Shown here one piece after another: positions 19,981-28,918 of a stretch of 64,000 bases of DNA (position 1 is its first letter; every line of letters begins with the position of its first letter). This DNA comes from an uncultured cyanobacterium (GTDB lineage Bacteria > Cyanobacteriota > Cyanobacteriia > CAKZMO01), in contig CAVRCJ010000014.1 in NCBI GenBank assembly GCA_963719515.1, positions 1-64,000 on the forward strand. The letters run 5' to 3'. A model generated the notes under the pieces. It saw nothing but the letters and a program-made list of their open reading frames with translations. It was not told the DNA's origin and did no database searches. The position numbers were made by a program, and so were the translations under genes.

Positions 19981-20829
19981 CTAATCGAGATTGTGCCCCG
20001 TCAATTCGACAAAAATATCCTCTAGATTAGACGCGCGCACCATGCGGCCCGACTTGTCCGGCTGCGCCGCCAGATGCCGCTCCGCCTCGGCCACCGTCGG
20101 GAAGAACTCGTAGCTCCAGCGATCGCCGCTTTGGGTCATCATCAACCCCTCCCCATGGATCTGTCTGAACTCGGCTAAGGTGCCCATCTCAATGAGCTTG
20201 CCGCTATCCATAATGCCTATGCGATCGCACAGGTACTCTACCTCCTCCATATAGTGGGTGGTGAGCAGCATAGTCATGCCCTGTTTGTTGAGGCCACGAA
20301 TGATCTCCCACAGCCGCCGTCGCGTTTGCGGATCAAGGCCCACAGTGGGCTCGTCCAAAAACAAAATCTCGGGCTCGTGGAGCAGCGCTCTGGCAATTTG
20401 TAGCCGCCGCTTCATGCCGCCGGAGAGGGTTTTGACCAAGTCATTTCGCCGCTCTGCTAGCGCCACAAAATCCAGCCATCGGCCAATCTCCTGACGCCGC
20501 TTGGGGTTAGGGATGTGGTGCATGCGGCCATGGAACTCCATGTTCTCCCACACGCTCAGGTCGCCATCTACGCTGGTCTGCTGTAGCACAACGCCGATCT
20601 TCTGCCTCACGCCTAGCGGCTGGCGCACGACGTCGTAGCCTGCTACCACCATGTCCCCCTGAGTGGGTTCCGTCAGGGTGGTCAGCATGCGAATCGTGGT
20701 GGACTTACCTGCCCCATTGGGACCGAGCAAGCCGAAGATTTCGCCGGGCTTAATAGACAGCGAAAGGTCGTTGACAACCGCTACGTTGTTGTAGACCTTG
20801 TGTACGTTTTGCAGACAGACCGCATCCAT
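19981..20829 (-). CDS. ABC transporter ATP-binding protein (DrrA/NodI-like)
   Basis: GPNGAGKST, LSGGMKRRL, LFLDEPTVGLD, LTTHYMEE. Confidence 0.92.
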   Translation of the reverse strand: MDAVCLQNVHKVYNNVAVVNDLSLSIKPGEIFGLLGPNGAGKSTTIRMLTTLTEPTQGDMVVAGYDVVRQPLGVRQKIGVVLQQTSVDGDLSVWENMEFHGRMHHIPNPKRRQEIGRWLDFVALAERRNDLVKTLSGGMKRRLQIARALLHEPEILFLDEPTVGLDPQTRRRLWEIIRGLNKQGMTMLLTTHYMEEVEYLCDRIGIMDSGKLIEMGTLAEFRQIHGEGLMMTQSGDRWSYEFFPTVAEAERHLAAQPDKSGRMVRASNLEDIFVELTGHNLD

Positions 20830-20980
20830 AGCTCCTATCCCTGTATCCCATCAACGTTGTAGCTGGCAGGCAGCATTCTTAGCACGGTAAGGCTTTGGCC
20901 AGCAACGTCCTGAGGATTAAGGGTAGCACGTCAGCAATGCTAAGGATTGATCAATGCCGCAGCTCTGCAGACCCGCCTCG

Positions 20981-22525
20981 CTAGCCGGTCGAGGTTCGCT
21001 GCTGCGATCGCCACCTCTCTAAAAAGCACGCTTGATAGGGAAGCTGGGGAAACAAACTCCGTACAGCGCTTGAAACCTTTCCCAGGTAAGGATTACCGCA
21101 AATCAGCAGCTGATCTAAGCGGTCCAAACCTTTGCCTACAGCAGGATTACCGGCTAGAGAGGGTAATAAGCTTGTCAGTTTAGCTTGAGGTTCAGCTGCT
21201 GCTTTATTGGACTGAACGCTGCTGGAGTTTTCTTCAACAGAAGTGCCTTGGCTATTCTCTAAGTCAGATTTAGGATCTACTACCTCCTCCATCAAACTAA
21301 AATCTATGGCACTCTGCCGGCAGTCGGAGTTCAAATGGTCTGGATGCCAAAGCTTTTTGTGCCGGTAGAGAGACCCACCACCAATTCCACAAGCCGTTAG
21401 TGCTTTAAATCGTGCAGTTGCGCCTTCAGGTAATTCCTGCTGACTTAAATGCTGAACAGCGGCTTTGATCTTCTCTGCTGTTCTAGAAAACTGCTCTTGG
21501 TTCCAGTCCCGTTTTTCAGTGGTAGATTCGGCAGGTTTTTGGCTAAGTCCATAGGGATAGTACTTACTGCTTTCAACACACCGCGCCCAGTCTACTGACC
21601 GCTCGTAGATCTCGTGCTTGTGTTGACACCAGTCATCGTATCCAGGAAGAGCGCGGGCGATCGCCACAATCTCCTCGACTAAAGCTTGTCCCGATAGTGG
21701 GGGTTTTCCAGATAGAACGTGACCGAACACATAAGAGCGTAGGGCGATTCGACCCAGGATGTAGTTGGTCTGTGAGGCCCCAGTCCACCCTGGCTCGATG
21801 TCGGCGTTGAGGTCGTTGAGAAACTTGTTGGCTTTTCCAGAAACAATGTACCGTCGTCGCTGCTGCTTTAAGACGCGGCGTAGCACCGTTGCGGTGACGT
21901 CATTTTGAGCTACGCAGTATCGCCACTGGTCCACAAACCGTTCTTGGCTTGTCCAGATGGGATGCAGGTTTGAGTTGAGGAGATAGCTTCCGGTTTGTAG
22001 CGGAAGGCGGTGGCCGTTGAACAACGCCTTTCCGTGAGAGTAAGGGCGGGGGTTGGGAAATAGCTCTAGCTGCCCTGCTGCTAAAGGCAGTCCAGCCTGC
22101 TGCAGGAGCCCCTTCATCGCATGGGCTAGGCGCTGCGAAGATTGAGGAGCATTGAAGGGGAAATAAAGGTGCAGTCCGCCGCTGTAGCTTGAGGTGCAGG
22201 CGATATAAGACAGTAGTCCCAGCGGTTCAAGCGCGCCGAGGATTCGCTCAATGCCTTGGAGGTCCTGCTGGGGGTGATATTGGCTTGTTGTGTCAATGTC
22301 GAGTAAGGCGTAGGCCGTTGTCGACCCAAACCGCACCCCCAACAGCTGGTCCCCTTGATTGATCAGGCGATCGCCCAGTGGATAGCGATGTTCGGTCTTC
22401 CAGCTGGGTCGCTGGCCCGGAGTAGGGTGGTCAGCGTATAGAAAGTCGTATCGATGGGGAAACAGAGACAAGAAGTCGCTGTCTTCCTTTACGTAGGTGC
22501 TTACAGTGGCGGTGGCACCGTTGAT
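20981..22525 (-). CDS. Primase/polymerase (AEP)-like putative replication protein; probable ATC start at 22525 (first canonical start TTG 22471)
   Basis: AEP-like motifs LLDID, SSYSGGLHLYF, LELFPN, GHRLPL and C-terminal HTH-like GIGGGSLYRHKKLWHP. AAGGAG SD is 8 nt before an in-frame ATC. Confidence 0.65.
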   Translation of the reverse strand: MNGATATVSTYVKEDSDFLSLFPHRYDFLYADHPTPGQRPSWKTEHRYPLGDRLINQGDQLLGVRFGSTTAYALLDIDTTSQYHPQQDLQGIERILGALEPLGLLSYIACTSSYSGGLHLYFPFNAPQSSQRLAHAMKGLLQQAGLPLAAGQLELFPNPRPYSHGKALFNGHRLPLQTGSYLLNSNLHPIWTSQERFVDQWRYCVAQNDVTATVLRRVLKQQRRRYIVSGKANKFLNDLNADIEPGWTGASQTNYILGRIALRSYVFGHVLSGKPPLSGQALVEEIVAIARALPGYDDWCQHKHEIYERSVDWARCVESSKYYPYGLSQKPAESTTEKRDWNQEQFSRTAEKIKAAVQHLSQQELPEGATARFKALTACGIGGGSLYRHKKLWHPDHLNSDCRQSAIDFSLMEEVVDPKSDLENSQGTSVEENSSSVQSNKAAAEPQAKLTSLLPSLAGNPAVGKGLDRLDQLLICGNPYLGKVSSAVRSLFPQLPYQACFLERWRSQQRTSTG

Positions 22526-23022
22526 ACGGCTGTCTCCTTGCGCAAATCATTTGGGTGGCCCTCATTCTTGCAAAGGAGACTTGGTCTGCAGGGCAGCGTG
22601 CTTTTTACTTTCTAATTAGGTTGTCTCATTGACTTCAACGCCTTGCTCAACAGCGGCTGTGTAAGTCTGAGGGTGATGAGACTAGGACGTAGAGGTGAGG
22701 CCGTTGGGAAAGAGGGTGACGAGAACAGGATGGCTGTGTCTTGTCTCGTTATGGTTGAGCTGACAACGTTTGAGCGCTAATACGGGCAGAACTTTAAACG
22801 AGACAGCAGGTTAGGTCTGCTGCGGCGATAGCAAGGTTCTAGGGAGTAGCGCAATGGGTATTACTGCGAGAGCTCTCGCAGCACAAGGAGGTGAAGTGAT
22901 GCGGATACTGTGGTCTCATAATGTCTCAGTTGGCCCTCTTAAGGGCGAGGTGATGCCATACGGAGAATACTGTCTTGCAGAAAGGGACCTGCATTTTGTT
23001 GATGAGCGCATTGAACGGAGAA

Positions 23023-24195
23023 TCAGACCCGCTGCGCCGGCTGACCAAGGGGGGGCAAAGTGGGCAGAACGCGATCGCACACAAACAGCGTCCCCGCCGC
23101 GACGCACATGGGAATCGCCAGCAGGTTAATAAACGGCACGCTCACCAGCGCCAGGCAGACGAGGGCAAAGGTCGCGCTCGCGGGCAGGCTGCGCGCGACG
23201 ATGCCCAGCTTGCGGCGAAAGCTCAGTCGCCGCCGCTCTAAAGGAGAATCGAAGAAATCTAGGCAGGTTAAGGTGCCCGCCACGCCGACGCTGCCAATGC
23301 TAGTGACCAGCGGCCCGACCCCCGGCACCAGCCCCGCCGCCAGCAGCGGTAGCCCGAAGCCCAGCGCGATCGCCAGCTTCTTCAATTCAAATAAAATAGC
23401 CCGCCAAATATCGCGAGCCGGCCCGACCTCGACCACTACCGCTCCCCCCGTTTTTAGGGTTTCTAGCTCTTCTGAAAGCTTGCCGTACCACGGTGCCCCC
23501 AGCAGCACGCCGAACTGCAGCAAGATAAACCCGGTGACGACGAGCAGCAGCAGCGTCAGTACGGCTCTCAGCAGCCACAGCAGCAGCCCCCCAAACAGGC
23601 GAGGAATCACCCGCAGCCATTCTAAAGATCGCCCCAGGCCCTCGGCAACGGTGGCGATCGCCCCAACAGCGCGCTGCCAAAAAGGCGAGATGCCGCTAGG
23701 CAAAGACAGTGAGGGAAAAGACCAATTCCAATGGGGCCAGCGGAAAGAGAGGGAAGGCCAGTGAAAAGTGGGCCAGCTTAGCCAGGGCCAATGACCCCAG
23801 CTTGGCCAGTGAACCCAGCCGAACAGCCCCGCCAGCGCCTGACCCAGCCAGGCCTCCCACGCTACAGCCCAGTCAGGAAAACGAACCTGGGCGGCGAGCT
23901 GCCCGACTTCGGGTGAAATAGCCTGCAGGTCACTGGTCCAAAGGGCAGCCTGCAGCATAACGCTGTCTATTAGCCGCAGCCCGAAGAACAGCAGCCCGGC
24001 GTAGAGGGTGACCCCAACGATGATGTTGACCAGGATGGGAAAGATTACGTAGCGGCGCAGCTTGGGCTGAGTGGCAAACAGCCGCAGCGCCCGTAGGGGA
24101 TAGCTGGCTCCGGCGATGACGCTGCCCGGACCACGGCGGATAGGTTTGGGTGGGGGTGGGGTGATTGCGTCTGGAGAAGGGGAGGGGTCAGGCAT
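23023..24195 (-). CDS. EI24/CysZ-like membrane protein with Trp/Pro-rich insertion
   Basis: GASYPLRAL, GAPWYGKLSEELE, RAILFELKK, LDFFDSPLERRRL, CVAAGTLF. Confidence 0.85.
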   Translation of the reverse strand: MPDPSPSPDAITPPPPKPIRRGPGSVIAGASYPLRALRLFATQPKLRRYVIFPILVNIIVGVTLYAGLLFFGLRLIDSVMLQAALWTSDLQAISPEVGQLAAQVRFPDWAVAWEAWLGQALAGLFGWVHWPSWGHWPWLSWPTFHWPSLSFRWPHWNWSFPSLSLPSGISPFWQRAVGAIATVAEGLGRSLEWLRVIPRLFGGLLLWLLRAVLTLLLLVVTGFILLQFGVLLGAPWYGKLSEELETLKTGGAVVVEVGPARDIWRAILFELKKLAIALGFGLPLLAAGLVPGVGPLVTSIGSVGVAGTLTCLDFFDSPLERRRLSFRRKLGIVARSLPASATFALVCLALVSVPFINLLAIPMCVAAGTLFVCDRVLPTLPPLGQPAQRV

Positions 24196-24261
24196 GGTTC
24201 AATGCAGAAAAAGAAACGCTGGCGTTGTGCGAAATAGGGCGAGGGAGGACGTGGTGTGTCC

Positions 24262-25368
24262 CTACGGGGTTGTCCAACCGTGGACGGGGCGCAACCCTCG
24301 GGACTGCATGGTGCGCTCGAACAGGGGCGTTGGCAATGCTCGCTCCACAGGGTAAACCCCCGGCTGCGCTAGCTTGCCTGCCAGAAGCAGCTGAGCCAAA
24401 GCGCCGGTCCCAAACCCAGCGGCGATCGCGGTATCGTCATACACCAAGGTAGAGCGATAGTGCCGTCCAGCCTGTCCAAAAACCTCGGCTAAAATACCAA
24501 TACCAACCCCGCTCCAGCGATCGCTCACCTGAGTCATACGATAGCTCACTTGAGAGAGAAACTCGACAGCCACAGGCCGCTTGAGCAGGGCCGGGGGACA
24601 GCCGCGGGCCACAAGATGGGTCAGTCGATTGTAGAGGTCGGGGGCAGAGCCAAATTTGGTAACCACGGTGCGCACCGGAAACGACTCGACTAGAGTGCGG
24701 GTTTCGGGCACCTCATACCAGTAGACGCCGGTAGGGCCAAAGGGGGCTGGGAAGGGAACCACCTGGCGGTCGCAGTAGGGCCGCTGCTCCTGCCACTGAC
24801 CGTCAATCCAGGCCTTGAAGGAGTGCTGCAAACCCAAAAACGTGGTGCGCATTACGGTGACCCCAGCACCCCCTGACCCGCCCACTACATAGCCTAAAAA
24901 GATGTCTGTAGGGCTCTCATCAACGGCGTCAAACGCCTCAACGCACTGCCGCACCATGCTGTTGGAGACGCCGGGAAATACCCCGGTATTGATAATCGCC
25001 GTCACCCCCGCCGCTTGGGCCGACTCGTGCAGCGCCAGGGCTCTTTGGGTGAAGGGGACGCAGTCGCTCACGTCTAGGTAGGTCGCCCCACGGCGAATGC
25101 AGGTCTGCAGGACGCGGCCGTCGCGGTTGTGGAATGGCCCGGCGCAGTGGATAACCAGGTCACTGCGGGCGATCGCCTGCTCAAGGGCGTCTGTGTCCGC
25201 AAGGTCGAGGGACTCTGCTCTGATTCGGCCCCCCTCTAGCTGAGTGGGGGGAGATTTTCGGCGGCGGGTGACGGTGACCTGGGCCTCAGTATGGCGGACC
25301 ACATCGCGGGCAATGCTGCTGCCGATGCGTCCTTGCCCGCCGAGCACCAACACCTGTGGCGGGGCCAC
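24262..25368 (-). CDS. Saccharopine dehydrogenase-like NAD(P)-dependent oxidoreductase
   Basis: VLGGQGRIG, HCAGPF, YLDVSD, NTGVFPGVSN, GSGGAG. Confidence 0.88.
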   Translation of the reverse strand: MAPPQVLVLGGQGRIGSSIARDVVRHTEAQVTVTRRRKSPPTQLEGGRIRAESLDLADTDALEQAIARSDLVIHCAGPFHNRDGRVLQTCIRRGATYLDVSDCVPFTQRALALHESAQAAGVTAIINTGVFPGVSNSMVRQCVEAFDAVDESPTDIFLGYVVGGSGGAGVTVMRTTFLGLQHSFKAWIDGQWQEQRPYCDRQVVPFPAPFGPTGVYWYEVPETRTLVESFPVRTVVTKFGSAPDLYNRLTHLVARGCPPALLKRPVAVEFLSQVSYRMTQVSDRWSGVGIGILAEVFGQAGRHYRSTLVYDDTAIAAGFGTGALAQLLLAGKLAQPGVYPVERALPTPLFERTMQSRGLRPVHGWTTP

Positions 25369-25370
25369 GG

Positions 25371-25655
25371 CTACACCTTCTCTAGGTACTGCCGATCGAT
25401 GAGAAACGTACCCCCTTCAAAGCGAATGCTCCAGTAATCGCCGGGGCGGTAGTCGACGATGGTTCCCTCTTCCCCAAGGCTCACCACGTGGGGAGGCCGG
25501 AGCATCGGCATGGGCTCGGCGGTTTTGACGTATGGCGGCTGAACGGCAATGCGAATGCGATCGCCTACGGCTAGCTCCAGGCTGGGCTCAGCCTGAGAGG
25601 CGGTGGGCTCGGCCTGAGAGGCGGTGGATTCGGCTTGGTCGTGGGGGTCGGTCAT
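25371..25655 (-). CDS. sipA: NblS-interacting regulatory protein SipA (DUF3148)
   Basis: PPYVKTAEPMPMLRPP...GEEGTIVDYRPGDYWSIRFEGGTFLID. Confidence 0.85.
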   Translation of the reverse strand: MTDPHDQAESTASQAEPTASQAEPSLELAVGDRIRIAVQPPYVKTAEPMPMLRPPHVVSLGEEGTIVDYRPGDYWSIRFEGGTFLIDRQYLEKV

Positions 25656-25721
25656 GGATGTTCTACGGTCGGGGCGTGTGGCCGCATGCCCCCGCGGAGA
25701 GGCTGTCAGCTCGCTCACATG

Positions 25722-27036
25722 CTAGCGCAGTCGCCGGTAGACCGTTAACAACCCGTCCTCGTTCCCGACGTTACCCGGAAACAGCACCACCGGCAGGTCA
25801 GGAAATCGGGGGTGGGTGTCGGGAGTGCGCACAACAGAGCACCCCGGCAGAATTTGGCCCAGCAGCCTGGCGCTGCGCAAAGAAAGACCCGTGCTGAGGA
25901 CGTCGTTGGAGGTGATGCCGCCCTTGCTGATGAGGTAGCCAATAGTGGTGGGTAGCCCTCTCACCACGTCCATTAGCAGCGCCGACACCGCCGTCCCAAA
26001 GGTGAGGCGAACGTCAGTGCTGGGGAAGGTCAGCTCCTTGCGGGTGGTGTAGACAACGGGGGTCTTTCCGTCGGCGTGGGCCTCCGAGGCTTTGCTTGAG
26101 GGTTGACTCCAGCAGCAGCTTATGGTCGTCGGTGGTGCCCTCTACAAGGCGGGCCACCTCTACCTCAATGCCCACGGTGTCCGGGTCTTCCAGCAGCCGG
26201 TACAGCTGCTTCGTGGTCATCTGCACGTGGGAGCCCACCAGTACGGCCCCGGGACGATGCCCTGAGAACTGGGCCATATCTTCGGCGGGGACGGGCTGGG
26301 GGGGGAGATTGGCCAAAGCGGTGAGCAAGCTGGCGGCGCTGCGGAACAGGAACCGCTTGCCCTGCCCTGCCGCCGTCAGCACGGCTTGGGCAAACTGGTT
26401 GAGGTCGCTCTGGGCCTCTGCGTCGACGGCGACGCATTGGTTACCGCTTAGCGCCATTAGCTGCTCTAGCACCCCGCTGCGAATTTCTTCTAGGCGGAAC
26501 ACCTCTACCTGGTCTGCCATAATGCGACCGCCGGTCTTTTCTTCCACATAGTCCGGCAGATGGCTGTGGAAATAGCCAAACACCGAGTCTTGGGCAAATT
26601 CCGTCTCGTGAACGGGCACAGGCTCGCCGTTGACCATCAGGTAGTGGACGCCGCCCTTGGTGACGCGCCCCCCTTCAAAAAAGGCCGGGGTGAGGAAGTG
26701 GGCGTCAAATGGTCCCATCTCATCGGCGATCGCATCTGTCTCGACGGGGTAGTGGCCCCGCAGGGTGGAGTCAGAGCGGCTGACCACCAGAAAATCTTCG
26801 ACCCCGACTTGGGCGATCGCCTCTCGCAGGTGCGCGCACACCTCGCGGGTGACCTGATTGGCCTGTTGGGGCGTCATGGAGCGGGTGTTAGTGAGCACGA
26901 ATACGATAGGCGACTCGTCCTGTAGCCCCATCGCAAGGGTCTCGACGTCCCACCGCATGAGCAGCAGACAGCCATGCACCGTTTGAGAGCCGGTGGGGTC
27001 GTCGTCTAGGACAATGATTTTAGGAGTGGCAGCCAT
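25722..27036 (-). pseudogene. Four-carbon acid sugar kinase family protein (DUF1537), split by one frameshift
   Basis: IIVLDDDPTGSQTV, SRSDSTLRGH, FLFRSAAS. Removing one base from the T3 run at 26091-26093 joins it to KTPVVYT...ISKGGITS...FPGNVG. Confidence 0.8.
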
Positions 27037-27093
27037 AGGAGTCTGGGGGAAAGGAAGGCTAGAAGGAAGATAGTCTCGATCCGGAAACAGATC

Positions 27094-27804
27094 CTATTCT
27101 CCCTCTAATTCTTGCAATCTCCGCTGCAGCTCCTCTATTTTTTGCTCAGCCTGCTCAGCTCGCAGACGTTCTTGCTCAGTTCGTAGACGCTCTTGCTCAA
27201 TTTGCCGCTGCGCTTCCTCAAGCCCAGCCATCAGCTCATCGGGTATGAGCAGCTTCTCGCCGTTGTCTTCCCGGTAAAAGCCGATCAGCGCGCCTTCCAC
27301 GGTCAGCCTTAGCTTTAGCGGCTCGCTGCGCCCATCGGCAATAGAGACATATTCCCCCCACTGCAGCCGGTAGCCTATCAGCTGCTCTGGAATCCACTCC
27401 CCCTTGGGGTCAAACAGCCAGTACTCCTGTACGCCGAGCTGCTCATACAGGGTTTTCTTGAATCCCTCGTCCTGGCTGCGGGTGCCTTTGGAGGTAAATT
27501 CGAAGATCACCGACGGGACTTGTCCTTCTTCCCAGATTTTATAGTTGTCCCGTCCCCCCGGCTCCACGTTGAAAATGACCATGGTGTCCGGTGCCACCCG
27601 CAGCTTGGGGTAGCCCTGGGAGTAGTAGAGAAACTGATTGCCCAAGACGGTACCCTTGGGTTCAGAGGTGAAGCGCTGGGTGTACTGCCGCAGCACTTCT
27701 AAAGTAGTCAGCAGGACATAGAGGTGCAGGTAAGTTTCGGCCACGGGTTCGCCGTCGGAGGAGGGGTAGAAGAGGGTGGCCGAGTCGGGCAGAGTGGCCG
27801 TCAT
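27094..27804 (-). CDS. Uma2 family endonuclease
   Basis: YPSSDGEPVAET, VAPD, IFEFTSKGT, GVQEYWLFDP, C-terminal EQERLR coiled-coil repeats. Confidence 0.92.
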   Translation of the reverse strand: MTATLPDSATLFYPSSDGEPVAETYLHLYVLLTTLEVLRQYTQRFTSEPKGTVLGNQFLYYSQGYPKLRVAPDTMVIFNVEPGGRDNYKIWEEGQVPSVIFEFTSKGTRSQDEGFKKTLYEQLGVQEYWLFDPKGEWIPEQLIGYRLQWGEYVSIADGRSEPLKLRLTVEGALIGFYREDNGEKLLIPDELMAGLEEAQRQIEQERLRTEQERLRAEQAEQKIEELQRRLQELEGE

Positions 27805-27949
27805 GGCGGTGGGGCCGGTAGTAGGTTGGGTCGGTTGGGACTTTAGATCTATGATATCGCCAGATGTTGCCAGACTTATGGCGCTGCCTCAACCGCTCGA
27901 GGCAGCGCCTTTGGCTCGACGCGCCACCCGACCTCCCAAAATGCCCAAC

Positions 27950-28528
27950 ATGACACTCGCACCCTGGCGATCGCCCCTCTCCCGTGCCCTGCACCGCAAC
28001 CGCTCACTCCCCAACGCCCGCTACTTCCAGCTGGCTACGGTGCGCCCTGATGGCTCACCGGCCAACCGCACCGTGGTCTTTCGGGATTTCCGAGGAGAGA
28101 CAGATGAGGTGCAGATGGTGTGCGATCGCCGCAGCGAGAAGCCAGAGCAGATTCGGGAGCAGCGGCAGGGCGAAATTTGCTGGTACTTTCCCAAGACCCG
28201 CGAGCAGTTTCGGATGGCGGGGGGGCTGTCGCTGATCACTGCCGACGAGCCTGACCCCGATTTGCAGCAGGCGAGAGTTCAGGCTTGGCAGGCAATGTCA
28301 AATTCTGGACGACTGCTGTTTGTCTGGCCCCACCCCGCCGAGCCCCGCCAGCCCAACGCGCCCTTCTCCGAGCAGCCGCCCCCCGCCGCCAGCCCTGAAA
28401 ATAGCTTTTGCCTGCTGCTGCTATCGCCGAGCAGAGTCGACCACCTAGAGCTGAGAGGCGAGCCGCAAAATCGCTGGCGCTACAGCTATGACGGTGAGAC
28501 CTGGGCGGTCGTGGAAATCAATCCATGA
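27950..28528 (+). CDS. FMN-dependent pyridoxamine-5'-phosphate oxidase-like flavoprotein
   Basis: YFQLATV...PANRTVVFR...DRRSEK...EICWYFPKTREQFR...VDHLEL. Start ATG 27950 or 27941. Confidence 0.88.
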   Translation: MTLAPWRSPLSRALHRNRSLPNARYFQLATVRPDGSPANRTVVFRDFRGETDEVQMVCDRRSEKPEQIREQRQGEICWYFPKTREQFRMAGGLSLITADEPDPDLQQARVQAWQAMSNSGRLLFVWPHPAEPRQPNAPFSEQPPPAASPENSFCLLLLSPSRVDHLELRGEPQNRWRYSYDGETWAVVEINP

Positions 28529-28613
28529 GGATTCTCGGGATACCCTTGCAGAAAAATCCATTATTTGGGGCAGGTTTTAGTTTATAACCCTTAATAGCGC
28601 GTGAGATGAGCCC

Positions 28614-28868
28614 ATGGATAACTTTCAGCCCTATGCAATCGAAGAGCTGCCCTCCGAGGATACCGATTATGAACTGCCCTCGGAGCTATACCTCAATGAG
28701 ACACCCCACGTCGGCGAAACGTTTGTCTACAGCTCGACCACCTACCGCGTTGAGGCCGTCGTCTATCGCGCCTTTGACGAACTCAACGACGCCGTCAAGC
28801 CTCACCGCACCAAGACTATTTTGCGCGTCAGGCTCTACGACGAGCTGTCAAAAGCCTCTCGCCCTTGA
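28614..28868 (+). CDS. Hypothetical protein
   Basis: 84-aa ORF with ATG and protein-like composition filling an intergenic gap. Confidence 0.55.
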   Translation: MDNFQPYAIEELPSEDTDYELPSELYLNETPHVGETFVYSSTTYRVEAVVYRAFDELNDAVKPHRTKTILRVRLYDELSKASRP

Positions 28869-28918
28869 CTTGAAATCTCCGGTTTCCAACCTAGACGAGC
28901 TTAGAGCAATTTCAGCCT

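Noticed and set aside
25585..25635. 21-bp tandem repeat in sipA, also those in the Uma2 tail and the pentapeptide gene
   Set aside because: Ordinary coding repeats in linkers or repeat proteins.
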